DNA of 26,693 nucleotides from Deinococcota bacterium (GTDB lineage Bacteria; Deinococcota; Deinococci; Deinococcales; JAAFIG01), in NCBI GenBank assembly GCA_041179225.1, contig JBEGTV010000001.1, positions 1 to 26,693 on the forward strand, given 5' to 3'. Position numbers and translations under genes: made by a program. This document shows positions 1 through 8,680 of the stretch, in pieces; position 1 is the first letter of the stretch; each line of letters starts with the position of its first letter. Under the pieces are notes generated by a model. It searched no databases, had not been told where the DNA came from, and was given only the letters and a program-made list of their open reading frames with translations.

Positions 1-3000
1 CGCTCGGTGGGCGCGGCGCAGTCCAATCTCGGCGGGGAAACCCGCGTACTTCAGGGCGTGCGCTCGAGCCGCGCCTGTGCCACCTTCAAAGCCCGAGAGC
101 GTAATTACATCTGCGCCAGCTTTGGCGATACCGACGCAGATTGTACCAATGTCGGGTACGACGGGGACTTTGACGCAAACTTTAGCGTATGGGTTAATGG
201 TTTTCAGTTCTTCGATCAACTGGGCGAGGTCTTCGATTGAGTACAAGTCGTGGTTATTGCTTGGCGAGATTAAATCCACGCCTTGGGTGGCATGGCGGGC
301 TTTTGCCACTTTTGCTGTCACTTTAGAACCGGGCAAGTGTCCGCCTTCGCCGGGTTTTGCACCTTGACCAATTTTAATTTCAATAAAGGCACTCGAGTTC
401 AGCATTTCCGAAGAAACCCCAAAGCGCCCAGATGCCACTTGCTGACCACGCCAACGGGTGTACTGCCCAATCATGTCGGCAATTTCGCCGCCTTCGCCGT
501 TCATGCTGACCATATCAAGGCGCTTAGCCGCTTCTGGGTACGCCCTAAACGCCGTTTCGCCTTGTGAACCAAAACTCATGGCACTAATCACAAATGGCAA
601 ACGGTGCGAACCTGCACTGATGTCCACTTCTTCTGCCGAGCGCATTTCATCTTCGGTGGCAGGACCAGATAAACCCTTGACCTCGAGCAGATTACGGGCT
701 GCGACTGGAAACTCGAGTTCTAACGCCCGAATTCTACCTGTGTAATCTGTGGCGGCAATTTCGCCGTTGGCGGCGGCGGCAGCGTGTTTATAGACACGGG
801 TGTTCAGACGGGCATCGCGCTCGAGTGAAGCCCCGCCGAGTGTCCAACGATGACGACGATCCTGCATGGTTTTCTCGAGGTCGGTCATGCCGTAACCCGC
901 ATTTTCAGAAGCCAAGAAGCTCTTGATGCCGAGTTTATCGGCTAAATCTGGTTTTAAGCCAATCGCTGCAAAAACCCGTCCGTAACCACGCAATTCATGG
1001 ATTCCCATTGTAGACATGACTTTTTCTACGCCTTTGGTCAGTGCCGAAACAATTTTATCGGCTGATTGTTTATCCGCACCCGAAAACGCCGCCAGCAACA
1101 ACCAAGGTTCAACCGCATCTGCGCCCAGCCCAAGTAACATCATGATGTCATGCAAATTGCGAACTGCCCCGCTCGAGACGATTAAACTGGTTTGACGACG
1201 ATAGGCTAAACCATCGGAATTGAGGTTTTCTAAGGCTTTATTGGCTTCGGCAATACTTAAACTTGGGTCAAGTGGCATATTGCCAGAGCGGTACACCAAT
1301 CTGTCCTCGAGAATAATCAGTTCTGCGCCGCTATGGGCAGCTTTAAGGACTTCTTCGCGTAGACGGTCAAGGGCTTTTTCGAGCGGTTCTGGGAAATTAT
1401 TGTCTACTCGTAACTCGAGTTTAATTCGCACGGTTTTTAAGTGGCTCTCGAGTTCCAGCAGGGTCATTGTGCCGTGCTTAACTGCCGTCTCAGAATCAAG
1501 CGGAATAATTGGGGTGATGAGTTCACAGATTTGCCCAGCGAACTTGCCATTGGGCAAGGCGCGTTTACCCAGCACCACCCGAGTGCTGAATTGTTCGATT
1601 TCGCGTTCACGGTCAATGGCGGGGTTGGTCACGACTGCCACGGTTTCTTTGAGGAATTCTGCCAAGTTTGGTTTTGGTTCGCGCAGTGCCGCAATTGGTC
1701 CATCAAAACCTAGGCTCGAGATGGGTTCGTTGCCCTTTTCTGCAAGCGACTTGACATATTCTTCGTCCCATTTTTCCCAGCCGAACGCCGCTAACGCCGC
1801 CGCACTCGGGACATGAACTTCGGGGTCAAATTCGGGCATGTTGTTGGGGCGCTCTAAAGGACCCGAGACATGCGCCCGAGCGCCGACCACCACTGCACTG
1901 CGGTTATGAACTCGCTCGAGCAGCACCCGTTGTGCCTCGAAATGCGGCATCGGTTGAACACCATTGGGGCGGATGGTACAGAGCATCTTTTCGCCTGGAG
2001 CAAGTGGGCGTGGGTCGCCAACGAACACACCCAAGGGAATCACACCGCGTTCCGAAGACCAAAAAAATTCTTTTTCCGATTCGCCAAACCAAAGCGGACG
2101 TAAGCCCAGTGCATCCACACTAAAAGCGCATTCGTTGCCAAAGCGCATCACCAGCGCCGCAGGTCCTTGGGCAAGTGGTCCGAGTTGTTGCCTGAAACTC
2201 ATGTAGGCATCTTGCAAGGCTGGACTAAAGGTTTTAATTTCGCCCAGCACTGGTGGGAAAGCCATTTCTAAAGATTCATATAAACTGAGTCCCTGACCAC
2301 AAATTAAACCCTCGAGAAGCCGATTTAAGTCCTGTGAATCCGACCCGCCCGTTCTCGAGATACCAAGAAAATCCAGTTCACGGCGCAGGCGTTCAATGGT
2401 GTTGATTTCGCCATTGTGTCCAAGCAGCGTAAAAGGTTGAACTTGCTCGAAGGTAGACATCGTATTGGTGCTGTAGCGGTTATGCCCAATAGTACAGACC
2501 GATTCAAAATCCGAACGACGCAGTTCTGGGTAGTACCGATCAAGAATATCGGCTGCACCACGCACTTTATAGACAACTGTATGCTGACTTAATGAAACCA
2601 CATGAACAGGCAGGGCATCCTCGAGTTCAAGGGCTAAGTTAAAAAGACTGGTGGCTCGAGCGGCTTCGGTTTCACCAGCCACCACACCTGCCACTTGGTA
2701 AAAAGCGGGTTCGGAAATCGCAGCCACAGGACCTAGCACACTGCCATGTGTTTGCCCACGACGCTCTAAAATCACTCGAGTGCCAAATTTCATGGTGTTG
2801 GCACGAATATGGTCTAGCACATCCCGAGGGTTGACATTGACTGGAATAAACAAATGGGCAATAAAAAAACCCGTTTCGTCCACGGTACTGGCTTCCAGAC
2901 CCGCTTCGGTTAGCCAAGCCTTCCAGAGTTTTTTTGGAATATCGGTTTGGATGCCGCAACCATCGCCCTCGCCGCGTACCTCGCCGCTTCGGTGCGCCAT

Positions 3001-3183
3001 TTGGGTCAGGGCTTCAAGGGCGCGTTTAACATTGCCATGACTGGGAAAACCTGTTTTACGGATTGTACCAATTACCCCGCAGGCATCGCGTCCAACACCT
3101 TCATGCAAGGCATTGGGGATGGTTTGACGCAAGCGTTTGCGTTCGTGGGTGCGGTGTAAAGACTCGAGTTTTGGTTTTCTCAT
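1..3183 (-). CDS. gltB: Glutamate synthase large subunit, 3'-truncated by the window edge
   Basis: Manual translation from ATG at 3183 (missing from the ORF track because there is no stop in the window); frame checked at 3183, ~1800 and position 1. A 34-aa propeptide is followed by the Ntn-amidotransferase Cys (RDA|CGVIG), then HNRYSTNT, HNGEINT, VTNPAID, SAMSFGS, IEIKIGQGAKPGEGGHLPG, ISPSNNHDLYSIEDLAQLI and ITLSGFEGGTGA. Confidence 0.95.
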   Translation of the reverse strand, partial: MRKPKLESLHRTHERKRLRQTIPNALHEGVGRDACGVIGTIRKTGFPSHGNVKRALEALTQMAHRSGEVRGEGDGCGIQTDIPKKLWKAWLTEAGLEASTVDETGFFIAHLFIPVNVNPRDVLDHIRANTMKFGTRVILERRGQTHGSVLGPVAAISEPAFYQVAGVVAGETEAARATSLFNLALELEDALPVHVVSLSQHTVVYKVRGAADILDRYYPELRRSDFESVCTIGHNRYSTNTMSTFEQVQPFTLLGHNGEINTIERLRRELDFLGISRTGGSDSQDLNRLLEGLICGQGLSLYESLEMAFPPVLGEIKTFSPALQDAYMSFRQQLGPLAQGPAALVMRFGNECAFSVDALGLRPLWFGESEKEFFWSSERGVIPLGVFVGDPRPLAPGEKMLCTIRPNGVQPMPHFEAQRVLLERVHNRSAVVVGARAHVSGPLERPNNMPEFDPEVHVPSAAALAAFGWEKWDEEYVKSLAEKGNEPISSLGFDGPIAALREPKPNLAEFLKETVAVVTNPAIDREREIEQFSTRVVLGKRALPNGKFAGQICELITPIIPLDSETAVKHGTMTLLELESHLKTVRIKLELRVDNNFPEPLEKALDRLREEVLKAAHSGAELIILEDRLVYRSGNMPLDPSLSIAEANKALENLNSDGLAYRRQTSLIVSSGAVRNLHDIMMLLGLGADAVEPWLLLAAFSGADKQSADKIVSALTKGVEKVMSTMGIHELRGYGRVFAAIGLKPDLADKLGIKSFLASENAGYGMTDLEKTMQDRRHRWTLGGASLERDARLNTRVYKHAAAAANGEIAATDYTGRIRALELEFPVAARNLLEVKGLSGPATEDEMRSAEEVDISAGSHRLPFVISAMSFGSQGETAFRAYPEAAKRLDMVSMNGEGGEIADMIGQYTRWRGQQVASGRFGVSSEMLNSSAFIEIKIGQGAKPGEGGHLPGSKVTAKVAKARHATQGVDLISPSNNHDLYSIEDLAQLIEELKTINPYAKVCVKVPVVPDIGTICVGIAKAGADVITLSGFEGGTGAARAHALKYAGFPAEIGLRRAHRA

Positions 3184-3190
3184 AACACTG

Positions 3191-3220
3191 AGCATAGTCA
3201 ACAATTACTTGGGATGTCAA
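3191..3220 (-). promoter_or_regulatory. Sigma70-type promoter for gltB, probably leaderless
   Basis: On the minus strand TTGACA-N18-TATGCT, followed 7 nt later by the gltB ATG; no Shine-Dalgarno sequence. Confidence 0.6.
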
Positions 3221-3488
3221 GAATTATAAACTAAAAATGATAAATTTATTCAACAATTTTTTTATTTTAATTCTTAAAACATTTTTACTGAACAAACCAA
3301 TTTGAATAATCCTTAAACAAACTAACACAGTTTTGCAAAATGTTAAATTTATTTTTAACTGGTATTCTATAGATCAACTGTACCAATATCAGTACAATTG
3401 AAGTGCCTTTCCTACCCAAACGATTCATTTGTAATTTAATGCCATGCCACATCAGACTTTTAGAGTAGAATCCGTATTCAAAATAAAT

Positions 3489-3505
3489 TGTCATTGTAAT
3501 TGACA
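3489..3505. promoter_or_regulatory. Palindromic operator candidate TGTCA-N7-TGACA (GlnR/TnrA-box-like)
   Basis: Inverted repeat (T)TGTCA ttgtaat TGACA(A) in the ~28% GC spacer upstream of gltB. Confidence 0.3.
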
Positions 3506-3583
3506 ACATTGGAATGACTTTTAGTACCAACAGTCAGTCAATCACTTTTAGCTTCGTAAGACCATAAATTAGTCTCGAGTTTC

Positions 3584-4171
3584 TTATAACTTACCCTTCG
3601 TGCTGGGCAAATCGTTATGGGTAACTCGAGTGGCTTGAAACACGGCTCGAGCCAAGGCTTTTACAATCGCTTCAATCACATGATGGGCTTCTCTGCCTGT
3701 TAAAACACGAACATGGACAGTTGCTTGGGCATGGTTGCAAAAACCACGCAGGAATTCACGCAAATGAAAAATGTTAAAACCACCAGCATCACCAACAATT
3801 TGTAATTCCTCTGGACGAAACTCGAGATGAGCGCGTCCAGAAAAATCGAGTACCACATGAGCAAGTGTTTCATCCATTGGCACAAAAGACGAACCGTACC
3901 GCTCGAGACCCGTTTTATTCTCAAGTGCCTTAGCAAATGCCATGCCAAGTGTAATTCCACAATCTTCAATTAAGTGATGCGTATCTACTTGTAAATCTCC
4001 CGTGGCAGTTACAGTTAAACCAATTCGAGCATGGCGTTTGAATGCGTCTAACATATGATCCAAAAACCCCAAGCCTGTTTCTAGTTTCCCAGTCATAGGT
4101 GCGTCTAAATCAAGGCTTAAAAGGATTTGGGTTTCTAAGGTATTGCGTTCAACTGTGGCGGTTCGGTTCAT
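3584..4171 (-). CDS. hisB: Imidazoleglycerol-phosphate dehydratase
   Basis: Motifs TGLGFLDHML, DTHHLIEDCGI, PMDE, DFSGR, HHVIEAIVKA and a C-terminal PSTKG. Start moved to MNRTA (195 aa) because it follows TACAAT by 6 nt. Confidence 0.96.
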   Translation of the reverse strand: MNRTATVERNTLETQILLSLDLDAPMTGKLETGLGFLDHMLDAFKRHARIGLTVTATGDLQVDTHHLIEDCGITLGMAFAKALENKTGLERYGSSFVPMDETLAHVVLDFSGRAHLEFRPEELQIVGDAGGFNIFHLREFLRGFCNHAQATVHVRVLTGREAHHVIEAIVKALARAVFQATRVTHNDLPSTKGKL

Positions 4172-4177
4172 GGATTC

Positions 4178-4205
4178 ATTGTAACTCGAGGCGAGCAAAG
4201 GTCAA
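4178..4205 (-). promoter_or_regulatory. Sigma70-type promoter for hisB, leaderless
   Basis: Minus strand TTGACC-N16-TACAAT-N6-ATG. Confidence 0.55.
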
Positions 4206-4224
4206 AACTGCAAACCCTCCCCTG

Positions 4225-4312
4225 ATGGTCAAGAAGCGACCATGCCCGAAGGTGCGCGTATATGGTTAAGAAGCGACCATGCCCGAAGGTGCGCGTATAT
4301 GGTCAAGAAGCG
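4225..4312. repeat. 37-bp tandem repeat (2.4 copies) with an internal palindrome
   Basis: ATGGTCAAGAAGCGACCATGCCCGAAGGTGCGCGTAT at 4225-4261, a copy with one mismatch at 4262-4298, and a 14-bp partial at 4299-4312; stem ATGGTC/GACCAT. Confidence 0.9.
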
Positions 4313-4376
4313 TGCTTTGAGCTTCCAGTCAGTTGGGAGAGGATTTACGAATAGGTTATTCTCGAGCAACAGGGTT

Positions 4377-5312
4377 TTACTTCGCTGGGTTTAAGTAGAC
4401 ACTAATAGTCCGATTTTTTGGCAAGTTCGCAGTTTTCCCAAAGGTGGTAAACCCAGTTTGTGCGACACTATAGGTATACTCGCCTGCGTCTACACCAATA
4501 AATGAAATCATGGTCGCGGTTTTACCTTTGAATGGAATGACTGCACTGACTGGCTCTGGGGTGGCACTCGAGCCTGTTAGGGTGACAGTAGCGGCTTGGG
4601 TTTTAGGATTGGTCAGAATAAAACGCAGTTTGCACGGACACACAGGAGCAGTTGCGCCTTTGGGAGCAATGTTGAGGGTATAAAGTGCGCCAGTTGTTTT
4701 GCCCTCTGGTCGCACCAAATAATCAATATCGCCTGTATTGGTTGGCGTGACTTTATACGTCCATTGTCCATCGGCGGCGGCTGTTGCGCTACCTAGTACC
4801 TTGCCCGCCTCGAGAACCTCGAGTTTGGTGTTGGCTGGCGCAAGCCCAGAAAGTGCAAATTCATCGGCGGCTAAGAACCCATTGGCATCTTTTAATTGCG
4901 GGGTGAAAATGTTGATACCTTCGCCTTCTGCCATGGCTTGTAAGCCTTCAAATGGAGCTTTGAGGGTCAGGTCTAATGGCGCACTCTCGAGCGAAGCGAC
5001 TTTGCCATCAAAGGCTTTGGCGACAACACTGACCGAACCACTAGGTAAACTGGTGTCAAATTTCCAATTGCCATTCGCGTCCACATCTGCCACACCAACC
5101 ACTTGACCATTCACAAAAACCTGTACTTTGCTGTTCTTCGCGCCTGTTCCCTCAAGGGTTCGCACCCCAGAAGCGACTGCCCCAGTAATCGGTACAATAG
5201 TCGGTGCGACCAAAGACACAGCATTCCAGTTCATAAAACCAAAAGCGGCTGCACCAGCCAGCAACAATGCTCCAGCCGCCTTAACAGGATGAAATGGATA
5301 ACCCCTAGCCAT
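4377..5312 (-). CDS. Membrane-anchored or secreted protein with two bacterial Ig-like repeats and a C-terminal beta-sandwich
   Basis: N-terminal hydrophobic segment (GALLLAGAAAFGF). Two repeats resemble Ig-like domains: LEGTGAKNSKVQVFVNGQVVGVADVDANGNWKF and LSGLAPANTKLEVLEAGKVLGSATAAADGQWTY. Confidence 0.8.
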   Translation of the reverse strand: MARGYPFHPVKAAGALLLAGAAAFGFMNWNAVSLVAPTIVPITGAVASGVRTLEGTGAKNSKVQVFVNGQVVGVADVDANGNWKFDTSLPSGSVSVVAKAFDGKVASLESAPLDLTLKAPFEGLQAMAEGEGINIFTPQLKDANGFLAADEFALSGLAPANTKLEVLEAGKVLGSATAAADGQWTYKVTPTNTGDIDYLVRPEGKTTGALYTLNIAPKGATAPVCPCKLRFILTNPKTQAATVTLTGSSATPEPVSAVIPFKGKTATMISFIGVDAGEYTYSVAQTGFTTFGKTANLPKNRTISVYLNPAK

Positions 5313-5488
5313 TAATGACCACCTACTTTGTGTTGTAAAGCGACAAGTTCAGCACTGACTTTAGCAAGCTCGGATTTTAATGCTTCGTTGGATTTATTGG
5401 CATTGGTACGCCAAAGAAAATGATCATAAATTATTTCTAGGACAAAAAAAGTACCTGCCCCAAGTAAAAAAACACCTAAGTATTCCAT
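5312..5488 (-). CDS. 58-aa single-pass membrane protein with a coiled-coil tail (absent from the ORF track)
   Basis: MEYLGVFLLGAGTFFVLEIIYDHFLWRTNANKSNEALKSELAKVSAELVALQHKVGGH; GGGAG RBS; its stop overlaps the next ATG (TAATG). Confidence 0.8.
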   Translation of the reverse strand: MEYLGVFLLGAGTFFVLEIIYDHFLWRTNANKSNEALKSELAKVSAELVALQHKVGGH

Positions 5489-5500
5489 TTTTTGCTCCCT

Positions 5501-5695
5501 TTAATGCTGCTCGAGTTTAGCGCGTAACTCAAGAACTTCGCGTTGCTTGGTCAGTAATTCATCACGTAAATCATCATTGGTGATACCTTGGGCGGGTTGC
5601 GAACCGTTCCATTTGACCACATCGAGAAGCCACCCAACCACCCAAGCGATCAGACCGCCCAGAAAAAACACTGCTATTAACTGCCATGCACTCAT
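5501..5695 (-). CDS. 64-aa single-pass membrane protein with a coiled-coil tail
   Basis: MSAWQLIAVFFLGGLIAWVVGWLLDVVKW...LRDELLTKQREVLELRAKLEQH; GGAGG RBS before ATG 5695. Confidence 0.8.
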   Translation of the reverse strand: MSAWQLIAVFFLGGLIAWVVGWLLDVVKWNGSQPAQGITNDDLRDELLTKQREVLELRAKLEQH

Positions 5696-5734
5696 GGTTT
5701 CCTCCACTGCTCAAACCTTAGCTCAAGCGGTCAT

Positions 5735-5764
5735 AGTCTAGCAGGGGAGAGGGCGACATGGCAA
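5735..5764 (-). promoter_or_regulatory. Candidate promoter for the small-membrane-protein/Ig operon
   Basis: Minus strand TTGCCA-N18-TAGACT with an extended -10 (TGc). Confidence 0.4.
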
Positions 5765-5814
5765 AAAGATTAAATTGACTCGTTTTTGATTCTGTTTCAA
5801 GCTAGAATGTAAGC

Positions 5815-5913
5815 ATGAATCCTTTCTTCTTTCTTCGTTGCGCGGCAGCGCCACCACCTCGAGAAACCGTTTTTAGGCTCGAGTGTGGGGGTACTTGTGT
5901 CTATTCTTGGTGA
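5815..5913 (+). CDS. Candidate leaderless upstream ORF / leader peptide (32 aa) of aroK
   Basis: TAGAAT-N6-ATG, then MNPFFFLRCAAAPPPRETVFRLECGGTCVYSW*; overlaps the aroK start in a different frame. Confidence 0.3.
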   Translation: MNPFFFLRCAAAPPPRETVFRLECGGTCVYSW

Positions 5914-6466
5914 ACCAATTGCATTGGAGCGTCCTGTAACTTGGGTGGCATTGGTTGGTTTTATGGGAACAGGCAAAAGCCGAATTGGTTGGGAATTATC
6001 TCGGTCTTTGGCACTGCATTTTTTTGATACCGATAAAGTCATTGAAAAAGTCGCGGGTTTAACTGTCGCACAGATTTTTGAAGCGTATGGCGAACCAACC
6101 TTTAGGGCGTATGAATCCGAAACAGTCGAGCGCTGTATTGCCCTAAACGAAGCCGTGATTTCTTGTGGTGGTGGAACATTTAATAACCCAGAAAACCGCG
6201 CTAAACTCTTGGCTCGAGGTCCTGTGGTGGCGCTTTGTGCCAGTCCAGAAACAATTCTTGAACGTACCAAACGCAGCCCAAGGGTTCTGCTGCAAGTCCC
6301 AGACCCACTTGGCAAAATTCGGGAATTGCTCGAGATTAGAAAACCCTTTTATGACCAAGCCCCTATTCAAGTTTCCACCGATGGACGCTTGCGCCGCGAA
6401 GTGGTTCAAGAAATTGTCGAGAAACTCGAGTTGTGGCATGAAAAACAAGTCGAGGCGTATGTCTGA
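5897..6466 (+). CDS. aroK: Shikimate kinase
   Basis: P-loop GFMGTGKS, DTD, GEPTFRAYE and SCGGG. The start is uncertain (GTG 5897 or GTG 5885). Confidence 0.93.
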   Translation: MSILGEPIALERPVTWVALVGFMGTGKSRIGWELSRSLALHFFDTDKVIEKVAGLTVAQIFEAYGEPTFRAYESETVERCIALNEAVISCGGGTFNNPENRAKLLARGPVVALCASPETILERTKRSPRVLLQVPDPLGKIRELLEIRKPFYDQAPIQVSTDGRLRREVVQEIVEKLELWHEKQVEAYV

Positions 6467-7532
6467 ACTTTTATCGTGCTTATCACTTTTTTTTACTGCT
6501 GGACTTGGCTCGGTGCGAATCAAGGCGTTAATTGAGCATTTTGGAACTGCCGAAGCGGTCTTAAGTGCCAAACTCCTCGAATTACGGCAAGTGCGTAGTT
6601 TAGATGCAGCCAGTATTGCTGGAATTGGCGCACAAGCCAGTCGTCAACGTGCTGAAGCTGAACTAACTCGAGCCGACAAAATGGGTTTGACTTTACTGGG
6701 TTTAACCGACCCCTGTTATCCCGAAAGTTTAAGAGCTATTTATGACCCGCCGCCAGTCCTGTGGGTACGCGGCGAAGTCAGTGCCTTAAAGAATTTAACA
6801 GGAGTCTTGCCACGCAGTATCGGTGTGGTTGGCACTCGCAAAGCCAGCACCTATGCCAAGGCCTTCACCCAAAAACTAGCGCACGATTTAGCTTTGGTGG
6901 GAGTAACAGTCGTCTCTGGGTTAGCCAGAGGGATTGACACTGTGGCACACACGGCTGCCGTGGATGCTGGAGGCTCGAGCATTGCTGTACTGGGTTGCGG
7001 TGTGGACACGATTTATCCATCGGAAAATAAAGCCTTGTCCGAACGCCTAACCGTGATTTCTGCTTATGCCCTAGGCACGCCACCCAATAGCTACAATTTC
7101 CCACCACGCAACCGAATTATCGCTGGGCTATGCAGTGGTAGCGTGGTCGTCGAAGGCGACACTGACAGTGGCGCAATGATTACGGCGGTGGCAGCCCTCG
7201 AAGCGGGACGCGAAGTTTTTGCTGTCCCCGGTAGAGCCGGCGACCCATTATCTAAGGGACCCCACAAACTGATTAAAGAAGGTGCGACCCTAATAGAATC
7301 AGCCGCCGATGTTCTCGAGAATTTGCGTTGGACAGCCGCGCTACCCCGCCTTGCTCCAGAACTCGAGGGCGACGAAGCAACCATTTATAAAGCCCTAAAC
7401 GGCGAAATGTTATTAGATGAACTCTGCCAAAAAACTGGTTTTATCACCCCTCGAGCCACGGTTGCCCTGACCATGCTGCACCTGAAAAACATGATTCTTG
7501 AGTTACCTGGTGGGCGCTATAGTAAGAACTAA
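6459..7532 (+). CDS. dprA: DNA-processing protein DprA
   Basis: YPESLRAIYDPPPVLWVRG, VVGTRKAS, VVSGLARGID, AVLGCGVDTIYP, FPPRNRIIAGL, GREVFAVPG and a C-terminal winged-helix-like region. ATG 6459 overlaps the aroK stop by 8 nt. Confidence 0.95.
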   Translation: MSELLSCLSLFFTAGLGSVRIKALIEHFGTAEAVLSAKLLELRQVRSLDAASIAGIGAQASRQRAEAELTRADKMGLTLLGLTDPCYPESLRAIYDPPPVLWVRGEVSALKNLTGVLPRSIGVVGTRKASTYAKAFTQKLAHDLALVGVTVVSGLARGIDTVAHTAAVDAGGSSIAVLGCGVDTIYPSENKALSERLTVISAYALGTPPNSYNFPPRNRIIAGLCSGSVVVEGDTDSGAMITAVAALEAGREVFAVPGRAGDPLSKGPHKLIKEGATLIESAADVLENLRWTAALPRLAPELEGDEATIYKALNGEMLLDELCQKTGFITPRATVALTMLHLKNMILELPGGRYSKN

Positions 7533-7601
7533 GGCTTTGAATAAGATAGTTCTCGAGAAACCCTTGATTGTACCAAGGCAAGAAACGGTAGACTGTGCAA
7601 C

Positions 7602-8618
7602 ATGAAAACTTTTGGAGTGGCACTACTTGGCTGCGGACGCATGGGCATTGAACACGCCCGAACCCTGATTGGTATTAGTAACGCTAAAGTTGTGGCAGTC
7701 GCCGATCCGTTTGAGGCTTCCCGAGCGGCAGCTAAAGCCTTAACTCGAGCCGAATATGATTTTGCTAATCCCGAAGATGCAATCCATGCCCCCGGTGTGG
7801 ATGCGGTACTGATTGTCACCCCAACCCCGACTCATGCGACCTTAATCGAAACCGCAGCCCGAGCAGGCAAAGCCATTTTTTGTGAAAAACCCGTAGCACT
7901 CGAATTAAATCGTACCAAATCGGCGCTCGAGGTTGTACAAAAAGCAGGTGTGCCTTTTCAAATTGGCTTTAATCGGCGTTACGACCCAGCTTTTATTGTG
8001 GCTAAACAAAAATTATTAAACGGCGAACTAGGTACAATCCGCCAATTCAGAGCCGTCGGACGCGACCCAGCCCCACCGAGTCTCGAGTACCTAAGCATGA
8101 GCGGTGGACAATTTTTAGACCAAGCCGTACATGACCTAGACATTGCAAGGCACTTGGTGGGCGAAGTCGAAGAAGTGATGGTTTGGGGAACAGCCCATAA
8201 TCCAGACATTGCTGCTCTAAATGACTCAGACACCACCACCACCATGCTGCGCTTTGTAAATGGTGCAATTGGGGTCATCGAAAACTCGAGAACCAGCACT
8301 TACGGTTATGACATCACCACCGAGATTTTTGGCACAAATGGCAAATTGGTCTTGGATGCCACACCTAAAACCCCAATTTGGCAATACGGACAAAATGCCA
8401 GTGGTGCAGGACAACTCAGCGCGGATCATTACAATTTTTTTATGGACAGATTCAAAGAAGCCTATAAACTTGAGCTAGAAGCTTTTTTTAAGTGCTTAGA
8501 AGAAGGCGTAAGCCCAAATCCAAGTGCTGAAGATGCCTATGAAAGTCTGCGCTTAGCCGTAGCGGTTACGCGGTCATACCAAGAAAAACGCAGTGTGAAA
8601 CTCGAGGAAATTGTTTGA
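7602..8618 (+). CDS. iolG: Inositol 2-dehydrogenase (Gfo/Idh/MocA family)
   Basis: GCGRMG Rossmann motif, IFCEKP, QIGFNRRYDP, RDPAPP, SGGQFLDQAVHD and GYDITTEIFG. The family is secure; the exact substrate is inferred. Confidence 0.8.
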   Translation: MKTFGVALLGCGRMGIEHARTLIGISNAKVVAVADPFEASRAAAKALTRAEYDFANPEDAIHAPGVDAVLIVTPTPTHATLIETAARAGKAIFCEKPVALELNRTKSALEVVQKAGVPFQIGFNRRYDPAFIVAKQKLLNGELGTIRQFRAVGRDPAPPSLEYLSMSGGQFLDQAVHDLDIARHLVGEVEEVMVWGTAHNPDIAALNDSDTTTTMLRFVNGAIGVIENSRTSTYGYDITTEIFGTNGKLVLDATPKTPIWQYGQNASGAGQLSADHYNFFMDRFKEAYKLELEAFFKCLEEGVSPNPSAEDAYESLRLAVAVTRSYQEKRSVKLEEIV

Positions 8619-8637
8619 ATTAGAAGCTGCCAATCTA

Positions 8638-8674
8638 AACAAAAAGCCGCACTGTCACAGTGCGGCTTTTTGTT
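8638..8674. terminator. Bidirectional intrinsic terminator
   Basis: Perfect 17-bp inverted repeat AACAAAAAGCCGCACTG-tca-CAGTGCGGCTTTTTGTT between convergent genes, with T-tracts on both strands. Confidence 0.92.
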
Positions 8675-8680
8675 CTTCGT

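Noticed and set aside
7-3159. Multiple plus- and minus-strand ORFs listed over the first 3.2 kb (e.g. 1220-1816 +)
   Set aside because: They are shadow or out-of-frame ORFs of gltB, which occupies the minus strand continuously.
3285-3530. 81-aa minus-strand ORF in the AT-rich spacer
   Set aside because: TTG start, no RBS, no recognisable motif and non-coding-like composition.
4225-4312. Possible CRISPR array (37-bp palindromic repeat)
   Set aside because: The units are directly tandem with no unique spacers, there are only 2.4 copies, and no cas genes are in the window.
5815-5897. Programmed +1 frameshift joining the uORF to aroK (the aroK frame is open from 5819)
   Set aside because: The added sequence does not look protein-like and in-frame GTG starts exist; there is no supporting signal.
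6165-6458. 98-aa N-terminal extension of DprA in the ORF track
   Set aside because: It lies entirely within aroK; ATG 6459 gives a normal-length DprA with an 8-nt overlap.
5797-6571. Minus-strand ORFs of 172 and 142 aa
   Set aside because: They are antisense to aroK and dprA and have no recognisable motifs.
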